Below are positions 25,043 to 38,639 of a stretch of 64,000 nt of DNA, one piece after another. The first letter of the stretch is position 1. Every line of letters starts with the position of its first letter. The notes beneath the pieces were generated by a model. It was given only the letters and a program-made list of their open reading frames with translations, was not told the origin of the DNA and made no database searches. The position numbers and the translations under genes were made by a program. The DNA is from Octopus sinensis (Eukaryota), in the NCBI RefSeq assembly GCF_006345805.1, contig NC_043006.1:1736001-1800000 (forward strand), written 5' to 3'.

Positions 25043-27080
25043 ATCATCATCGTCATCATCATTTAACGTCTGTTTTCCATGCTGGCATGGGTTGGATGGT
25101 GCAACTGGGGTCTGGGAAACCAGGAGGCTGCACCAGGCTCCAGTCTGATCTGGTAGAGTTTCTACAGCTGGATGTCCTTCCTAACACCAACCACTCCGAG
25201 AATGTAGTTGGGCTTTTTTACATGCCACTGGCACAGTGGCCAGAGGGGGCTGGCATTGACCATGATTGGATGGTGCTTTTTATGTGCCACTGGCATGGGA
25301 ACCAGTCAAAGCGGTGCTGGCATCGGCTATGCTTGGATGGTGCTTTTTACATGCCACCGGCATGGGGACCACAACTACAATTTCCATTTGATTGTGATGT
25401 ACTTGACTCATTAGGTCTCCTCAACCACGGCATGTCGCCCTACGATCCAAGGTACTTTTGAGTTGGCTGGTTATGCGACACTGGTGTAGGTTACAGCTGT
25501 GAACTCACTTCATTTGTCGGGTCTTCACAGTCACAGCATATCTCCAGAGGTCTTGGTCTTTTATCATTGCCCCTGTGAAGCCCAACGTTTGAAGGTCATG
25601 CCTCACCACCTCACTCCATGTCTTCTTGGGTCTCCCTCTACCCCGGATTCCTTCCACTGTTAGGGAGTGGCACATCTTCATACAGCTCTCCTCATCCGGC
25701 TGCAGTACATGACCATACCAAAGCAAACATCTCTCTTGCACACCACATCTGATGCTTCTTATGTCCAACATTTCTCTCAGGGCACTTAGACTCCATAGTA
25801 TGTGCACACTGACATTACACATCCAGCGGATCATGCTAGCTTCATTTCTTTTGAGCCTATGCATGTCTTCAGCAGTCATGGCCCATGTATTACTGCCGTG
25901 AAGCATGGCAGTTTGCACACATGCATCGTACAATCTATCTTTCACTCTGAGCGAGAGGTCCTTTGTCACCAGTAGGGGTAGAAGCTTTCTGAACTTTGCA
26001 CAAGCTATTCTTATTCTAGTGGTAACACTCTCTGAGCATCCACCCCCACTCCAGACTTGGTCACCTAGGTAACAGAAGCTATCAACTTCTAGTTTATTCC
26101 CCTGGCATGTGATAGAATCTGTTTCCTGAGCATCTGTGGTGTTTATTGCCCCTGTGCATTTTCCACACACGAAAGCTATCTTCCTGGTTAATCTTCCTTT
26201 GATGCACCTCTTATATGTCCATAGCTTACACTGGGTACATCTTATGGAGTTTCTACCTATGCCTCTACTACAGATCAAGCAGGGCCATCTACCTGAAGGG
26301 ATTTGTGGTTTGCCTGCCTTCCTACTTATTAGGACTTTGAAATTTCTTCTATAGTTCTGGTTGTGATTCTGCTATGAGGGCCAGGTCTTGAATTACCTGG
26401 AGGACCATAATGAATAAGAAGGGGCTGAGGGCTGATCCTTGGTGGACCTCTACTTCTACTCGGAATTCTTCACTATACTCATTGCCAACCCTAACCTTAC
26501 TAACGGCATCTCTATATAGGGCCTGTACAGCCCTTATTAACCATTCATCAAACCCCAGTTTCCACATTGCCTCCTAGGTAAGGGATCGGGGGAGCCCTGT
26601 CAAAGGCTTTCTCCAGGTCAACAAAAGCCAAGTATAGGGGTTTATCTTTGGCTAGGTATTTCTCTTGCAGTTGCCATACCAGGAATATAGCATCACTGGT
26701 GCTTTTACCTGGCACAAAACCGAACCGCATCTCATCTAAGCAGACTCTTTCCCTAATTAGTCGGGCTATAACCCTCACTGTGACCTTCACCACCTGACCC
26801 AGCAGTTTGATACCCCTGTAATTATTTTTATCTAAAGCATCACCTTTACCCTTGTAGCATTTGACTATGGTGCTGTTACTCCAGTCATTGGGTATGACTC
26901 CATTATGAACTCTCTGGTTTACAATACGGGTGACTAGGCCATAGCCCACACCAGATATTTTAAGCATCTCAGCAGTGATTCCTGATGGGCCAAGAACTTT
27001 TCCTGGCTTCATACCCTTTATTTGCTTTATCTACCAGGGTGTTGTCTATTCAGATAGTTGGTCCCTCTACTGGATCAAGG
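25043..27080 (-). mobile_element. Degenerate RTE LINE of the same family (frameshifted RT, PHD-like insert, 3'UTR)
   Basis: ORF fragments 26548-27012, 26349-26567 and 25505-26278 align by eye with 42379-43896. Confidence 0.92.
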
Positions 27081-27663
27081 TTTACTTAGGTTATGACTTA
27101 CTTGTGGATTTCTGCTGCTCCTCAAGATGTAGGCCTGGGTGAGTGATTTTAAGACCAATACAGTGCCATCTGAATCATGCCATTACAATGCAAAAAGCCA
27201 GAACAGATACAGCAAGGCATCTAACTTGGTGCTCTGACATTTCCATCAGTTTACTATGGATTTGTATGTTTTTTGTTCTTCCTTTTACTTGTTTCAGCTG
27301 TTGCACTGCGGCCATGCTGGAGCACCTGCTTTGAAGGATTATAAGTCAATCACATCAGCCCCAGTAGCTTTTTTTTTAAGGGTGGTACTTATCTTCCCAG
27401 ACTCATTTTTGTTTAAACTACCATGAGCCAAACATGCACACACACACACACACACACACCATCATCATCATCATCATAGGCATAGGAGTGGCTGTGTGGT
27501 AAGTAGCTTGCTTACCAACCACATGGTTCCAGGTTCAGTCCCACTGCGTGGCACCTTGGGCAAATGTCTTCTACTATAGCCTTGGGTCCACCAATGCCTT
27601 GTGAATGGATTTGGTAGACGGAAACTGAAAAAAGCCCGTCGTATATATGTATGTGTATATATA

Positions 27664-28100
27664 TCTCTTATTATAAAAGGCAGATTTTATCTGCCTCCCT
27701 TTGGGAGTTATAGAAATCTACAATATAGGATTTCTTCAATTACAATTTACCTAGCAGTTTTAAGAGTACAATGCATCGCGTCATGCCAGGTCCAGTTTTT
27801 AAAATTTAAACTCCAATTAAGCAAAATTTACAGAAAACTCACATTCTGGTGTGTGTGTCAAATGCTTTTCTTAGTCTGGTTTACACCACACGCAAACGCA
27901 CACACACAGTGGGCAACGAATAAAATGAAAGTAAATGTAATATTTGTTTCTGTCTATCACGCTGATAGATACATGAGTAAAATGTATGGGAAGCTAACAG
28001 ATAACAGTGAGTGAAAATGTTCTTGGAAGAGAGTAAATTAGCGACAGTGATTTGAGGAAGACTAAACTGAAACTATGAAACAGTGTTTATGTATAAACAG
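27664..28100 (+). mobile_element. Non-autonomous Helitron-like 5' part, 3' end missing
   Basis: A|TCTCTTATTATAAAAG start resembles the two complete copies. Confidence 0.45.
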
Positions 28101-28112
28101 ACGACACTTATA

Positions 28113-28442
28113 TAAACCCTTTCGTTACCAAACCGCCCGAATTTACCTATTCATATTTAAATGAGAATATCAGAGTAAATCTCTTTAGTACATTCGTGAA
28201 AACACGTATTATACTTCGTAAACACTTCAAATACAGTTTTGTACAAAAATCGAAGTGTAATTTTAATTCCGTGAATTATGGGAGATTTTTTTCCGAAATT
28301 TGTTCCTATTGTGTTTTCAAAATTTGTAATTCTGACAAAAAATGGATACGAATTTCATTATATCAAGCAGCGAGTCAGAATTCGAAGGATTTTCTACTGA
28401 AGACCTTCATAAATCTAACTCTATGACTGAAAAAAAAAAGCA
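28113..28442 (+). mobile_element. piggyBac-like left end and transposase N-terminus
   Basis: TAAA|CCCTTTCGTTACC end; MDTNFIISSSESEFEGF resembles acidic PGBD N-termini. Confidence 0.45.
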
Positions 28443-28805
28443 TCTTTATATAAGAGTGAAGTTGTGTGTCTGTCCCCTTCGATTTACATTCGTAATTACT
28501 CCCACATTTTGCGGTGCAGTTTAACCAAAAGCGGGTATCTTATAGTCGTGATTCATATCGAGCCCTTCTGGGTATTAGCGCGCGTCTACGATGATTTTTC
28601 CATTTTAATGCATTTTTTCGCTTTTATATAAGGGAAGTAACTCTCTAAAAATATCTACGATGTGTCAACGATTTAAAAAGAATTTACCTTAATTTTTTTT
28701 CAATTTTTAATGCATTTTTTTTGCTATTTTTTGGCTATAACTCTCTAAAAATGCTTATATAGTTATTTCCCTTACAACCCGAGCAACGCCGGGCGATACT
28801 GCTAG
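28443..28805 (+). mobile_element. Non-autonomous Helitron (363 bp)
   Basis: A|TC start; subterminal hairpin CCCGagcaacgcCGGG; CTAG|T end. Confidence 0.8.
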
Positions 28806-28837
28806 TGTATATATATTTATATGTATAAATATATATA

Positions 28838-29511
28838 TATATCAAATGTGAGGATAAAATAATTTTCAAAAAAAAAAAAATTTTCTCGAAAAACATTTTA
28901 TCAATGGCCAGCATATTAAAAAATACCTTTAACGGTTAAATTTATAAACAATTCATAAATGAGGGCAAAGGAAAAAATTTTCTAATGCCAAATATGCCGA
29001 AAAATTGGACATATTGTCCATTAACCATATAATTTTTTCACAATACGCACGCTACTGATAAAATTTTTTTCGAGAAAATATTTTTTTCGAGAAAAGTATT
29101 TTATCCTCACATTTGATATAAATTTAAGCGTTCACTTCCGAACTAACTAACTCACTCTGTGAGAGTCTCAGTTCAAATCGCATGTGCCTCGAATGGGCTG
29201 GAGTATTTCTATCTTGGATGTATTTGGGATACTTAGTTGTGCCCATGACTTAGTGTTTGCTTCTTCCATGGGTATGAGTAAGTATCTCATTTATTTCTTT
29301 TGCCACATGTATCACTGACGAAGAGAGGGCTCTTAGTAGCTAACTCTGAAATCGGTCCGATATGGTAATGATGGAATTTTTTAGAAATTTGTCGACCTTT
29401 TTTCGAGTAGCGTGCGTATTGTGAAAAAATTATATGGTTAATGGACAATATGTCCAATTTTTCGGCATATTTGGCATTAGAAAATTTTTTCCTTTGCCCT
29501 CATTCATGAAT
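28838..29511. mobile_element. PLE/retrozyme-like remnant with nested inverted repeats
   Basis: Inverted repeat pairs 28951-29056/29406-29511 and 28838-28903/29056-29120; hammerhead core between them. Confidence 0.6.
29308..29364 (+). ncRNA. Type I hammerhead ribozyme-like motif (probably degenerate)
   Basis: CTGACGA 29315-21; stem II AGAG/CTCT; GAAA 29348-51; short stem III ATCGGT; GTC triplet ending 29357; stem I TGTATC/GATATG. Confidence 0.6.
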
Positions 29512-29515
29512 TATA

Positions 29516-29564
<49 letters not shown>

Positions 29565-30131
29565 ATGTTTGTGTGTCTGTGTTTGTCCCCCCAACATTGC
29601 TTGACAACCGATGCTGGTGTGTTTACGTCCCCGTAACGTAGCAGTTCGGCAAAGGAGACCGATAAAATAAGCACTAGGCTTACAAAGAATAAGTCCCGGG
29701 GTCGATTTGCTCGACTGAAGGCAGTGCTCCAGCATGACCACAGTCAAATTACTGAAACAAGCAAAAGAGTTAAAGAGTATACACTTGTTTTCCATGTTGA
29801 CATTGATTGACTGATTCATTAGAATTCAAGTCATTTCCAAATTTCAGTCACAAGGCCTTAGTAAATCCGGGACTCTAGTAGAAGACAACATGTAATGGCA
29901 TCAGAACCATGTTGCTGCAAAGTAAACCTCTGAACCACATAACCATGCATGCACTAAATACACATACGGAAAGATCTGACTCAAAAATGGTTTTAACAGC
30001 AATGATGATCCTACGTATGGTATGAAAGAATGAGGCAGAAATAGTGGAATGTTTCTCTTTTCTTTATTTTAATAATGAAGCAAAAACTAGTCCTATGTGT
30101 GTTTTTTTTTTTCTCTTTTCCCTTGAAACAG

Positions 30132-30311
30132 ATGCCAAAACGACAAAGAAATGACAAACACAGTCAAGGCGATGGCAGAAACGGTAATGATGAGACATCA
30201 GCCAAGAAGAAGTCGCGTCCATCTATGTTATCAGACGTTGAAGATGTTTCAGATGATAGCAACTCTCATACGTCTCAGAACCCAGACTTTCTCTATCAAC
30301 CAACCATGGGG
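30132..30311 (+). CDS. SMC6: SMC6 coding exon 1 (MPKRQRND...YQPTMG, 60 aa, basic NLS-like and acidic N-terminal tail)
   Basis: Polypyrimidine tract and CAG immediately before the ATG; GTAAGT donor at 30312; phase 0 matches the next exon. Confidence 0.8.
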
Positions 30312-33300
30312 GTAAGTAAATCTCACACCACTTCCTAACATTTTAATGCTCGAATGCTTCGTTATTTTTCATTATCTAATCATATAAAGCATGATTCTGT
30401 TCCCATGGCACCTTGACTTTGAGCAAGTGTATACTATTAAAGTCCCAGGCCAACAAAAGGTTTGTGAATAAATTTGGTTAGTTAGTTAATTAGTTATTTA
30501 ATTTTTGGCTCAAAAAGCAAATAGCAAGGCCATGTAGGGGGACATGGAGTTATGTACAGGGTGGTGTTCATGTAAAGAGTTCAGGCCACTTGAGGTCAAG
30601 GGAGACTTTGAACCGAGCGGTCATTGGCATCTTCACCATCTCGTCCAGCAGCTTATTCCACGGATCCACAACCCGGACGGAGAAAGCCCCACTCCTTCGA
30701 TTGAGATGAAATCGTCGCAGATAGAGCTTTTCGGAGTGACCCCGCAGCTGATGCTCTGGTGCAGGAGTGAAGAACAGCTCTTTCGAGAGATTACACTTTC
30801 CGCTTATGATGTTGTGAGCAAGAATGAGATCACCACAGCGGCATCGTTTTTCCAGAGAATAAAGGTCGAGCGTCTTCAGCCTTTCTTCATAGGACAAATT
30901 CTTGAGACCAAGAACCATGCGGGTAGCCAGCTTCTGGACTCTTTCGAGATGCTGTATGTTTTTGAGGAGATAAGGAGAAGAAGCTTGAATCCCGTACTCC
31001 AATATGGGTCTCACCAGCGTGACATAGAGCGTTAGATAGATAGACAGACACACACACACACACACTCACCCATCTATCCATCCATCCATGCATATTTAAA
31101 GATACATGGCGTATTTTATAAATATGCCTGCTCAAGTATCCTACAAGCATGAAACTATGAGTGGCTCTTTCGGTTGTGATTTAAGGTGAAATTTATCTCT
31201 CATCATCATCATCATCATCATCATCGTTTAGCGTCCGTTTTCCATGCTAGCATGGGTTGGACGGTTCTACTGGGGTCAGAAGGCTTCATCAGGCCCAGTC
31301 AAATCTGGCAGTGTTTCTATGGCTGGATGCCCTTCCTAACGCCAACCACTCCGTGAGTGTAGTGGGTGCTTTTTACGTGCCACCCGCACTGGTGCCAGAC
31401 AGAGCTGGCAAATGGCCACGAACGGATGGTGCTTTTTATGTGCCAGGCGAGGCTGGCAACGGACACGAAACGGGGCGGTGCTGGCAACGGTCGCGAAACG
31501 GAAAGTTCTGGATGGAATACATTTTCTCACTGGATGGAATACATTTTCTTTGTTCATTCTACCTCTTTGGATCTTTAAACTATGCATATATGTATATATA
31601 AGGAGCACTCTGTCGGTTACGACAACGAGGGTCCCAGCAGATATGATCAATGGAACAGCCTGCTCGTGAAATTAACGTGCAAGTGGCTGAGCATTCCACA
31701 GACACGTGTACCCGTAATGTAGTTCTTGGGGAGATTCAGCATGACACAAAGTGTGACAAGGCTGGCCCTTTTTTGAAATACAGGTGCTACTTCATTTTTG
31801 CCAGCTGAGTGGACTGGTGCAACGTGAAATAAAGTGTCTTGCTCAAGGACACAACACGTCGCCCGGGAATCGAACTGACAACCTTACGATCATGAGCCGA
31901 CTGCCCCTAACCACTAAGTCACGCGCCCTCACATATATATATATATTAAAATAATGAGGGTAGAAATTGATATCAATCAATTAACATCAATTTAAACCAG
32001 TGGTCAAGCTTATTCAAAAAAAATCCAAAGATTTAAAAATTATATTACAATTAATAAGAGGAATGACCACTAAAGTGGAATCCTATACGCTAGAGATAGA
32101 TGTCAAATCGCCTTACCTCAAGAGTGTGTTCTTGAGAATACACTCTTTGTGGTAAGGCGATTTGGCATCTATGTCTAGCATATAGGAATCCACTTTAGTG
32201 GTCATTTCTCTTATTAATTGTAATACATGCACACACACACACTCACATATACGACTGGGCTTCTTTTGGTTTCTGCCTACCAAATCAACTCACAAGGCTT
32301 TGGTCAGCCTGGGGCTGTAGTAGAAGACACTTGCACAAAGTACTACACAGCAGGACTGCACCTGGAACCATGTGGTTGGGAAGCAACCTTCTTACCCCTC
32401 AGCCATGCCTGCGCCAGTATGTGTGTGTGTGTGTGTGTGTGTGTGTTAGTGAAGGTGCAGGCATGGTTGTAGAGTTAAGAAGTTTGATTTGCTTCCCAAC
32501 CACAAGGTTTTGAGTTCAGTCCAAGTGTGTGCAAGTTTAGGTAGATGTCTTCTACAGTAGCCTTGGGCTGAAACAAGCTTCGTAAGTAGATTTTGTAAAG
32601 AGGACATGAAGGAAAACCAACATGTTTGTGTGTCACCTTGTCTTGACATCATGTGACAGTCGTAAACAAGTGTCACTGTCCCACAGGTGGTGTCATTTAT
32701 TTGCAGCCTTATTTGGAAACATGTTCTGTCATGGGTAAACATTATCCTGCATTGAGGATGAATGAAGCCAGCTCAACCCACCCCGGGTGAATGCTGTCTC
32801 AAGAAGAAGACCCTGCTTGAAAACAGGTGAAGGTTGGTGTCAAGAAGGGCATCCGTCAGTTGAAAATCCACCTCAATTAATGCTGACACATGCAAGCATA
32901 GAAAAGCGAATGTTAAAACGATGATGAGGATTGTGTGTGTGTGTGTGTGTGTCTTGTGTTTGTTTACGTTTGGGCCCAATGCTAGTTGCTTGCTGCAAAC
33001 AACGTCGTCAACATTGCCCCTGTCAACAGAACACTCGTTACTTTGCACCTTCGAAAATATGTAAAATATAAGATCCCATCTTTGAAGAACAAGTAAGGGT
33101 TAGCGATAGGAGAGGCATCCAACTACAAAACAATGTCTCGATTTACTCATCTCACCCATGCTAGCATGGAAAAATTGATGTAAAACAAATGAATGTGTTG
33201 CATTTAGCAAGTTGTGTGATGCTGAATATTTTCTGACTTCAAATTGTGTTTGGGTCGGATTTGCCTACCATTGGGTTAAGGTTTTTTTAAGCAGGTACCA

Positions 33301-36300
33301 CTAAGATTTTGAGGTATGGACAGAAGTAAATGAGAAAGTAATCACACTGAATTTTGTGAAAAGGAGTGGCATCAGAGAAGAGCTAACAGTGAGATGGTGA
33401 CCTTACAAGTTTCCTCAGATTTTACTCTAGAATCATATAACATTGGTTTCAAATTTTGGCACAAGGCTAGCAATTTCAAGGGAGGGAGTAAATCAATTAC
33501 ATCAACCACAATTGCCAGTACCGCCTGACTGGCCCCCGTGCCAGCGGCATGTAAAAAGCACCCACTACACTCTCGGATTGGTTGGCGTTAGGAAGGGCAT
33601 CCAGCTGTAGAAACTCTGCCAGATCAAGATTGGAGCCTGGTGCAGCCATCTGGTTCGCCAGCCCTCAGTCAAATCGTCCAACCCATGCTAGCATGGAAAG
33701 CGGACGTTAAACGATGGTGATGATGATGACAGTGCCACTGGTACTTATTCTATCAACATCATAACAAATAAGAGGCCCAGTGAGCCTCAGAAGAATTTGA
33801 ACTCAGAACATAAAGGTGGACAAAATGCTGCTAAGCATTTTGCCCAGTGAGGTAAGGATTCTGCCAGCTTCTTGTGAAATCATGTAATATTGCTTTCAAA
33901 TTTTGACACAAGGCCAGCATTTCTAAGGGAATTGATTACATCAATCCCAGTGCTTAACTGGTACTTATTTTATTGATCCCGAAAGGTTGAACGGCAAAGT
34001 CAACCTTGGTGGCATTGAAACTCAGAACATAAAGATAAAATCATGTAATATTGATTTTGAATTTTGGCACAAGGCCAGCAATTTCGTGGAAGGGGTGAAG
34101 TCGATTACATCAGTCCCAGTGCTCAACTGGTACTTGTTTCATCGACCCTGAAAGGATGAAAGGCAAAGTTGACTTTGGCAGAATTTGAATTCCAAACGTA
34201 AAGATAGATGAAATGTTGCTAAGCATTTTGCTCTGCGTGGTAACAATTCTGCCAGCTTGCCATTTGTGAAATCATGTGATATTGGTTTAAAATTTTGGCA
34301 CAAGGCCAGCAATTCTAGGAGAGGGAGTAAGTCGATTACATCGACCCAGTACTTCTTTTAGCAATCCCAAAAGGATGAAAGGTAAAGTTGACCTTGGCAG
34401 CATTTGAACTCAGAATGTAAAGACATGAAATATCGCTAAGCATTTTGTCTGGCACAGTATGATTCCGCCAGCTCCTAGCCTTCTAAAATCATGGAATATT
34501 GAAACCTATTCCTTTTGGGTCCATTCATGCTTTTTTTTTTTTTGTAATTTATTTACAGAGCTTCCGAAGTAAATTCCAACCATTTTAGTTAGATTGTCTT
34601 TATTTTAATGGGGTATTAATTTATACATTTCTGGTAATGCATCATTTTGCCAGCTCCATTTTTTTTTTTTATATACTCTGTGACGTTGTTGGTGTTAGGG
34701 AGGAGAGTATTCAGCTGTAGGAACCAAAATGAAGAAAGAAAATGAAACCCACAAGTGAGTTGTGGTCCGCTCACCTCTCACAAAAAATACTAACAAAGAA
34801 CAAAAAGAAAATTGTCTCCAGGTCTTCTTCAGTTGAAGTTTAGTAACATTCATCATCATCATCATCATTTTCCATGCTGGCATGGGTTGGACAGTTTGAC
34901 TGAAAATTGGAAAGCTGGGGAGCTGCACCAAGTTCCCATCTGATTTGGCATGGTTTCTATGGCTGGATGCCCTTTCTAACACCAACCACTTCAAGAGTGT
35001 AATGGATGCTTTTTATGTGCCACCAGCATGGATGCCAGTCACACAACACTGGCACCAGTCCCGACTATGGGCTCGCTTGGCTTCACAGATCTTCTCAAGT
35101 ATGGTATATCACCAATGGTCTCGGTCTCTTGTCGCTGCCTCCATGAATTCTTTAATACAATTCCATATTTGTAAAATGAGGAATTTATATTATATATTAC
35201 TGTTTATATTAGTCGGACTGGTGCCCTCATCTTGATTATTGCTTTCACTATGTTTTGTGCATAGCGTAGTAGATAAATACATTGGTTAATGCAGTGCAGT
35301 TACCTAGAGTTTCTGAGTTCAGTCCCAGGCAAAGCACTAAGGTAATTCACAAAAATCAACTGAAACAAAAAATGTCATGAAATGCAGGAAGCAGAATGAG
35401 AAGAGTCTCCCCCCCCCCGTGGATCAAATAAAGGGCCAGGTTCGAAATTCCAATGCCACAACCGAGTTCAACACCAGACACCTGAAGAAGGCTGGAGAGT
35501 TCAACAGCTGAAACATTGGGAAATCAAGGTGGGATTTCTTTCTTTGTCTGCCAGTATATGAAAGGTGTCCAACATCGCAATCCAAATTGTCTCACTATTT
35601 TTTTAACAGGAACAATGTCAGATTGGGTACATTCAAAAGATTGTCTTGAAGAACTTCATGTGCCACCACAAGCTGGAAGTGAAATTTGGTCCGCATGTCA
35701 ACTTTATTATCGGCAGAAATGGAAGTAAGTTTCTTTCTTAGTTGTATCTTCTTCTCGTTGATCCAAACCAGCTTCACTCTTTTTCTTGCTCCAACAGCAA
35801 TCATTTTATTCTTACATTTTTTTTCTTAATTAATCCAAGCCTCTTATTTTACACTCACTTCTCCCTCTTCTTATTACGTTAGCATCAATAATTTTACACT
35901 TTCATTTCAGTTTTATCACCTACTAGCGGTATCGCCCGGTGTTGCTCGGGTTTGTTTCGACCCTTTAGAATTGGAATTCTATGTAGCTTGTTATTCTCTT
36001 TAAGTGAACATTTTTCTGATTGAAATACATCGAAAAATGGTGACACAGCAGTAAAAAAAATCGTAAAAAAATAGGGATTTTCATAGGAAAAAAAGCACCT
36101 TTTTGATGTAAATAATTTTTGGTGTTAACATGGTCTGATTTGGATTTTATCTTCTATGGAATGAAGAGCAAGCCTTCTTCTATCATACTCTCAATTTTAG
36201 TCAACTTGCACCGCAGGGTCTCGGAGGAGATAGTGTTAGTTGAAGGCTAGCAAACCTGCCACACACAGACAACTTCAGCTTTATATAGAGAGAGATTAAT

Positions 36301-38571
36301 GGAGTGGTCCCTCCACAGCTCCTTTTAGCTAAATATTTCTCCAGTAGTTGTTTAACTAGAAGGATGGCATTAATACTACTTCTCATTTGCACAAAACTAA
36401 ACTGCATTACATGATAATCTAAGGTTCTTGCTGAGAGTATCTGGCAGTGGAATTAGACCCCAAAATCCTGTAATTACAAAGCAAACTTCTTAACCACATG
36501 GTCATCATGTTTGTGCCAGTTAAATTCTCACAAACGTGGACACTTGTTAGGTAGTTACTATTGTTTTATAGTTTGATGTCTTTCCTGCTAGCCACCCTGC
36601 CACGAAGTAGTTGCCAAACTACTTCATAACACGCAGGCTTAATTAAAACTACAGGTATAGGTTAAAATACAGGTGTATATTAAATATTAGCATATTTAAT
36701 ATAGGAATGCTAAAAATCTAATGGAAGTAAATATGTGATAAAGTAAAAAATTGTATGAAATAATGATGCAAGCATGACTGTGTGGTTAAGAAGTTCATTT
36801 CACAACCACATGGTCTCTGGTTCAGTCCCACTGCAAAGCACCTTAGGTAAGTATATAGATGCAGGTATGGCTGTGTTGTTAAGGAGTTTGTTTCACTACC
36901 ACATTATTTCAGGTTCAATCCCACTGCATGGCACCTTGGGCAAATGTTTTCTAATATAATTAATATAGCCCTGGGTCGTTCAAAATCGTGTGAGTGCATT
37001 TGGCACCTGGAAACTGAAAGTAACCCCATTATATAGGTGTGTATACCAGTGGCATATGGTGGTTGTTGTATTGAATGTGCTGTCACACCCAATGTCACCA
37101 GATTTCAAGCAGGAGTATAACAAAAGTTTTCCATTAAGATTTGTGATTAAATTAATGTGTAAGGTTAATATAATGAATTTGCTATTTTCAATGAGTGTGC
37201 AGCACACACTTAGCACACCTGGAATATCCACCCCAGGTGTATACTAGAGTGTACCTGTCATATGACAGGTAGCTTTGGAAGTATACTTTTGCTACCATGG
37301 GTAATAATCTGGAAATATGGCATATATACAATAATTATAATTTAAATTTTATCAAAAGTTATTGGTGATTATATAAAATAAGGTGAATACTTATTTCAAT
37401 AAGAACACCTAACTGTAAAATTCATGCCAAAACTGACCTTGCCTGAGCTAGTGCCACGTAATAAAGCACTCAGTCCACTCTGCGAGGTGGTTGGTGTTAG
37501 GGGGCATCCAGCTGAAAAAAACCATGCCAAAACAGACACAGAAGCCTGGTGTAGTCTTCTATTTGGTTGGCTCCTCTCAAACCGTCCAACCCATACCAGC
37601 ATGGAAAGCGGATGTTAATGATGGTGTTGTTTACTCCCTCTCTGCATCCTCCTCTCTCTCCTTCACTCTTTCTTTCTCTCTGTATGTGTGTGTATATGCT
37701 GCTGGTACATCAGCTCCATACTTTGATGGTAATAGCTAGTTGTGATCTTATGCAAACACTCTAAGTGTTCACACAAATAAACAGCACTCCACTATCACTA
37801 CTATTAAGATATATATATATATATATATATATATGTAGGAGGTGCAATGGCCCAGTGGTTAGGGCAGCGGACTCGCGGTCGTAGGATCGCGGTTTCGATT
37901 CCCAGACCAGGCGTTGTGAGTGTTTATTGAGCGAAAACACTTAAAGCTCCACGAGGCTCCGGCAGGGATGGTGGTGATCCCTGCTGTACTCTTTCACCAC
38001 AACTTTCTCTCACTCTTACTTCCTGTTTCTGTTGTACCTGTATTTCAAAGGGCCGGCCTTGTCACTCTCTGTGTCACGCTGAATATTCCCGAGAACTACG
38101 TTAAGGGTGCACGTGTCTGTGGAGTGCTCAGCCACTTACACGTTAATTTCACGAGCAGGCTGTTCCGTTGATTCGGATCAACCGGAACCCTCGTTGTTGT
38201 AACCGATGGAGTGCTTCCATCCATATATATGTAAGCCTTTAGCCTTTAAACCAGCCCAAATATGCTGCTCCCTGTTTTATGTTCAAACCAGCCAATAGCC
38301 AGTGTACTGCACGACCCTTAATAAGATAGTTTGTCGGTCAGCAGGACAGGTTATTCTGTTTGTGTCCTGTTACACTTTTCTGTCTCGAATTAGTTCTTAT
38401 AATGTCTACCGTGGATGTGTGGTAAGATACTTGCTTCGCAGTCATGTGGTTCAAGGTTCAGTCCCACTGCGTGGCACCTTGGACAAGTGTCTTCAACTAT
38501 AGCCTTAGGCTGACCAAAACCTTGTGAGGGGATTTGGTAGGCGGAAACTGAAAGAAGCCTGTCATTTATAT

Positions 38572-38639
<68 letters not shown>

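Noticed and set aside
30075-30131. Upstream ATG extending SMC6 (MKQKLVLCVFFFF)
   Set aside because: It translates the polypyrimidine tract and CAG acceptor of the intron.
31507-31550. 20-nt tandem duplication CTGGATGGAATACATTTTCT (and a 28-nt one at about 63144-63222)
   Set aside because: Ordinary local slippage or insertion-junction duplications with no further structure.
30151-35649. Spliced +1-frame ORF of 66 aa overlapping SMC6 exons 1-2
   Set aside because: Short open alternative frames are common in Asp/Lys-rich sequence; no homology or expression evidence is available.
37838-37915. tRNA-like sequence (also 51196 and SINE A heads)
   Set aside because: Followed by SINE body in several dispersed copies; a SINE head, not a tRNA gene.
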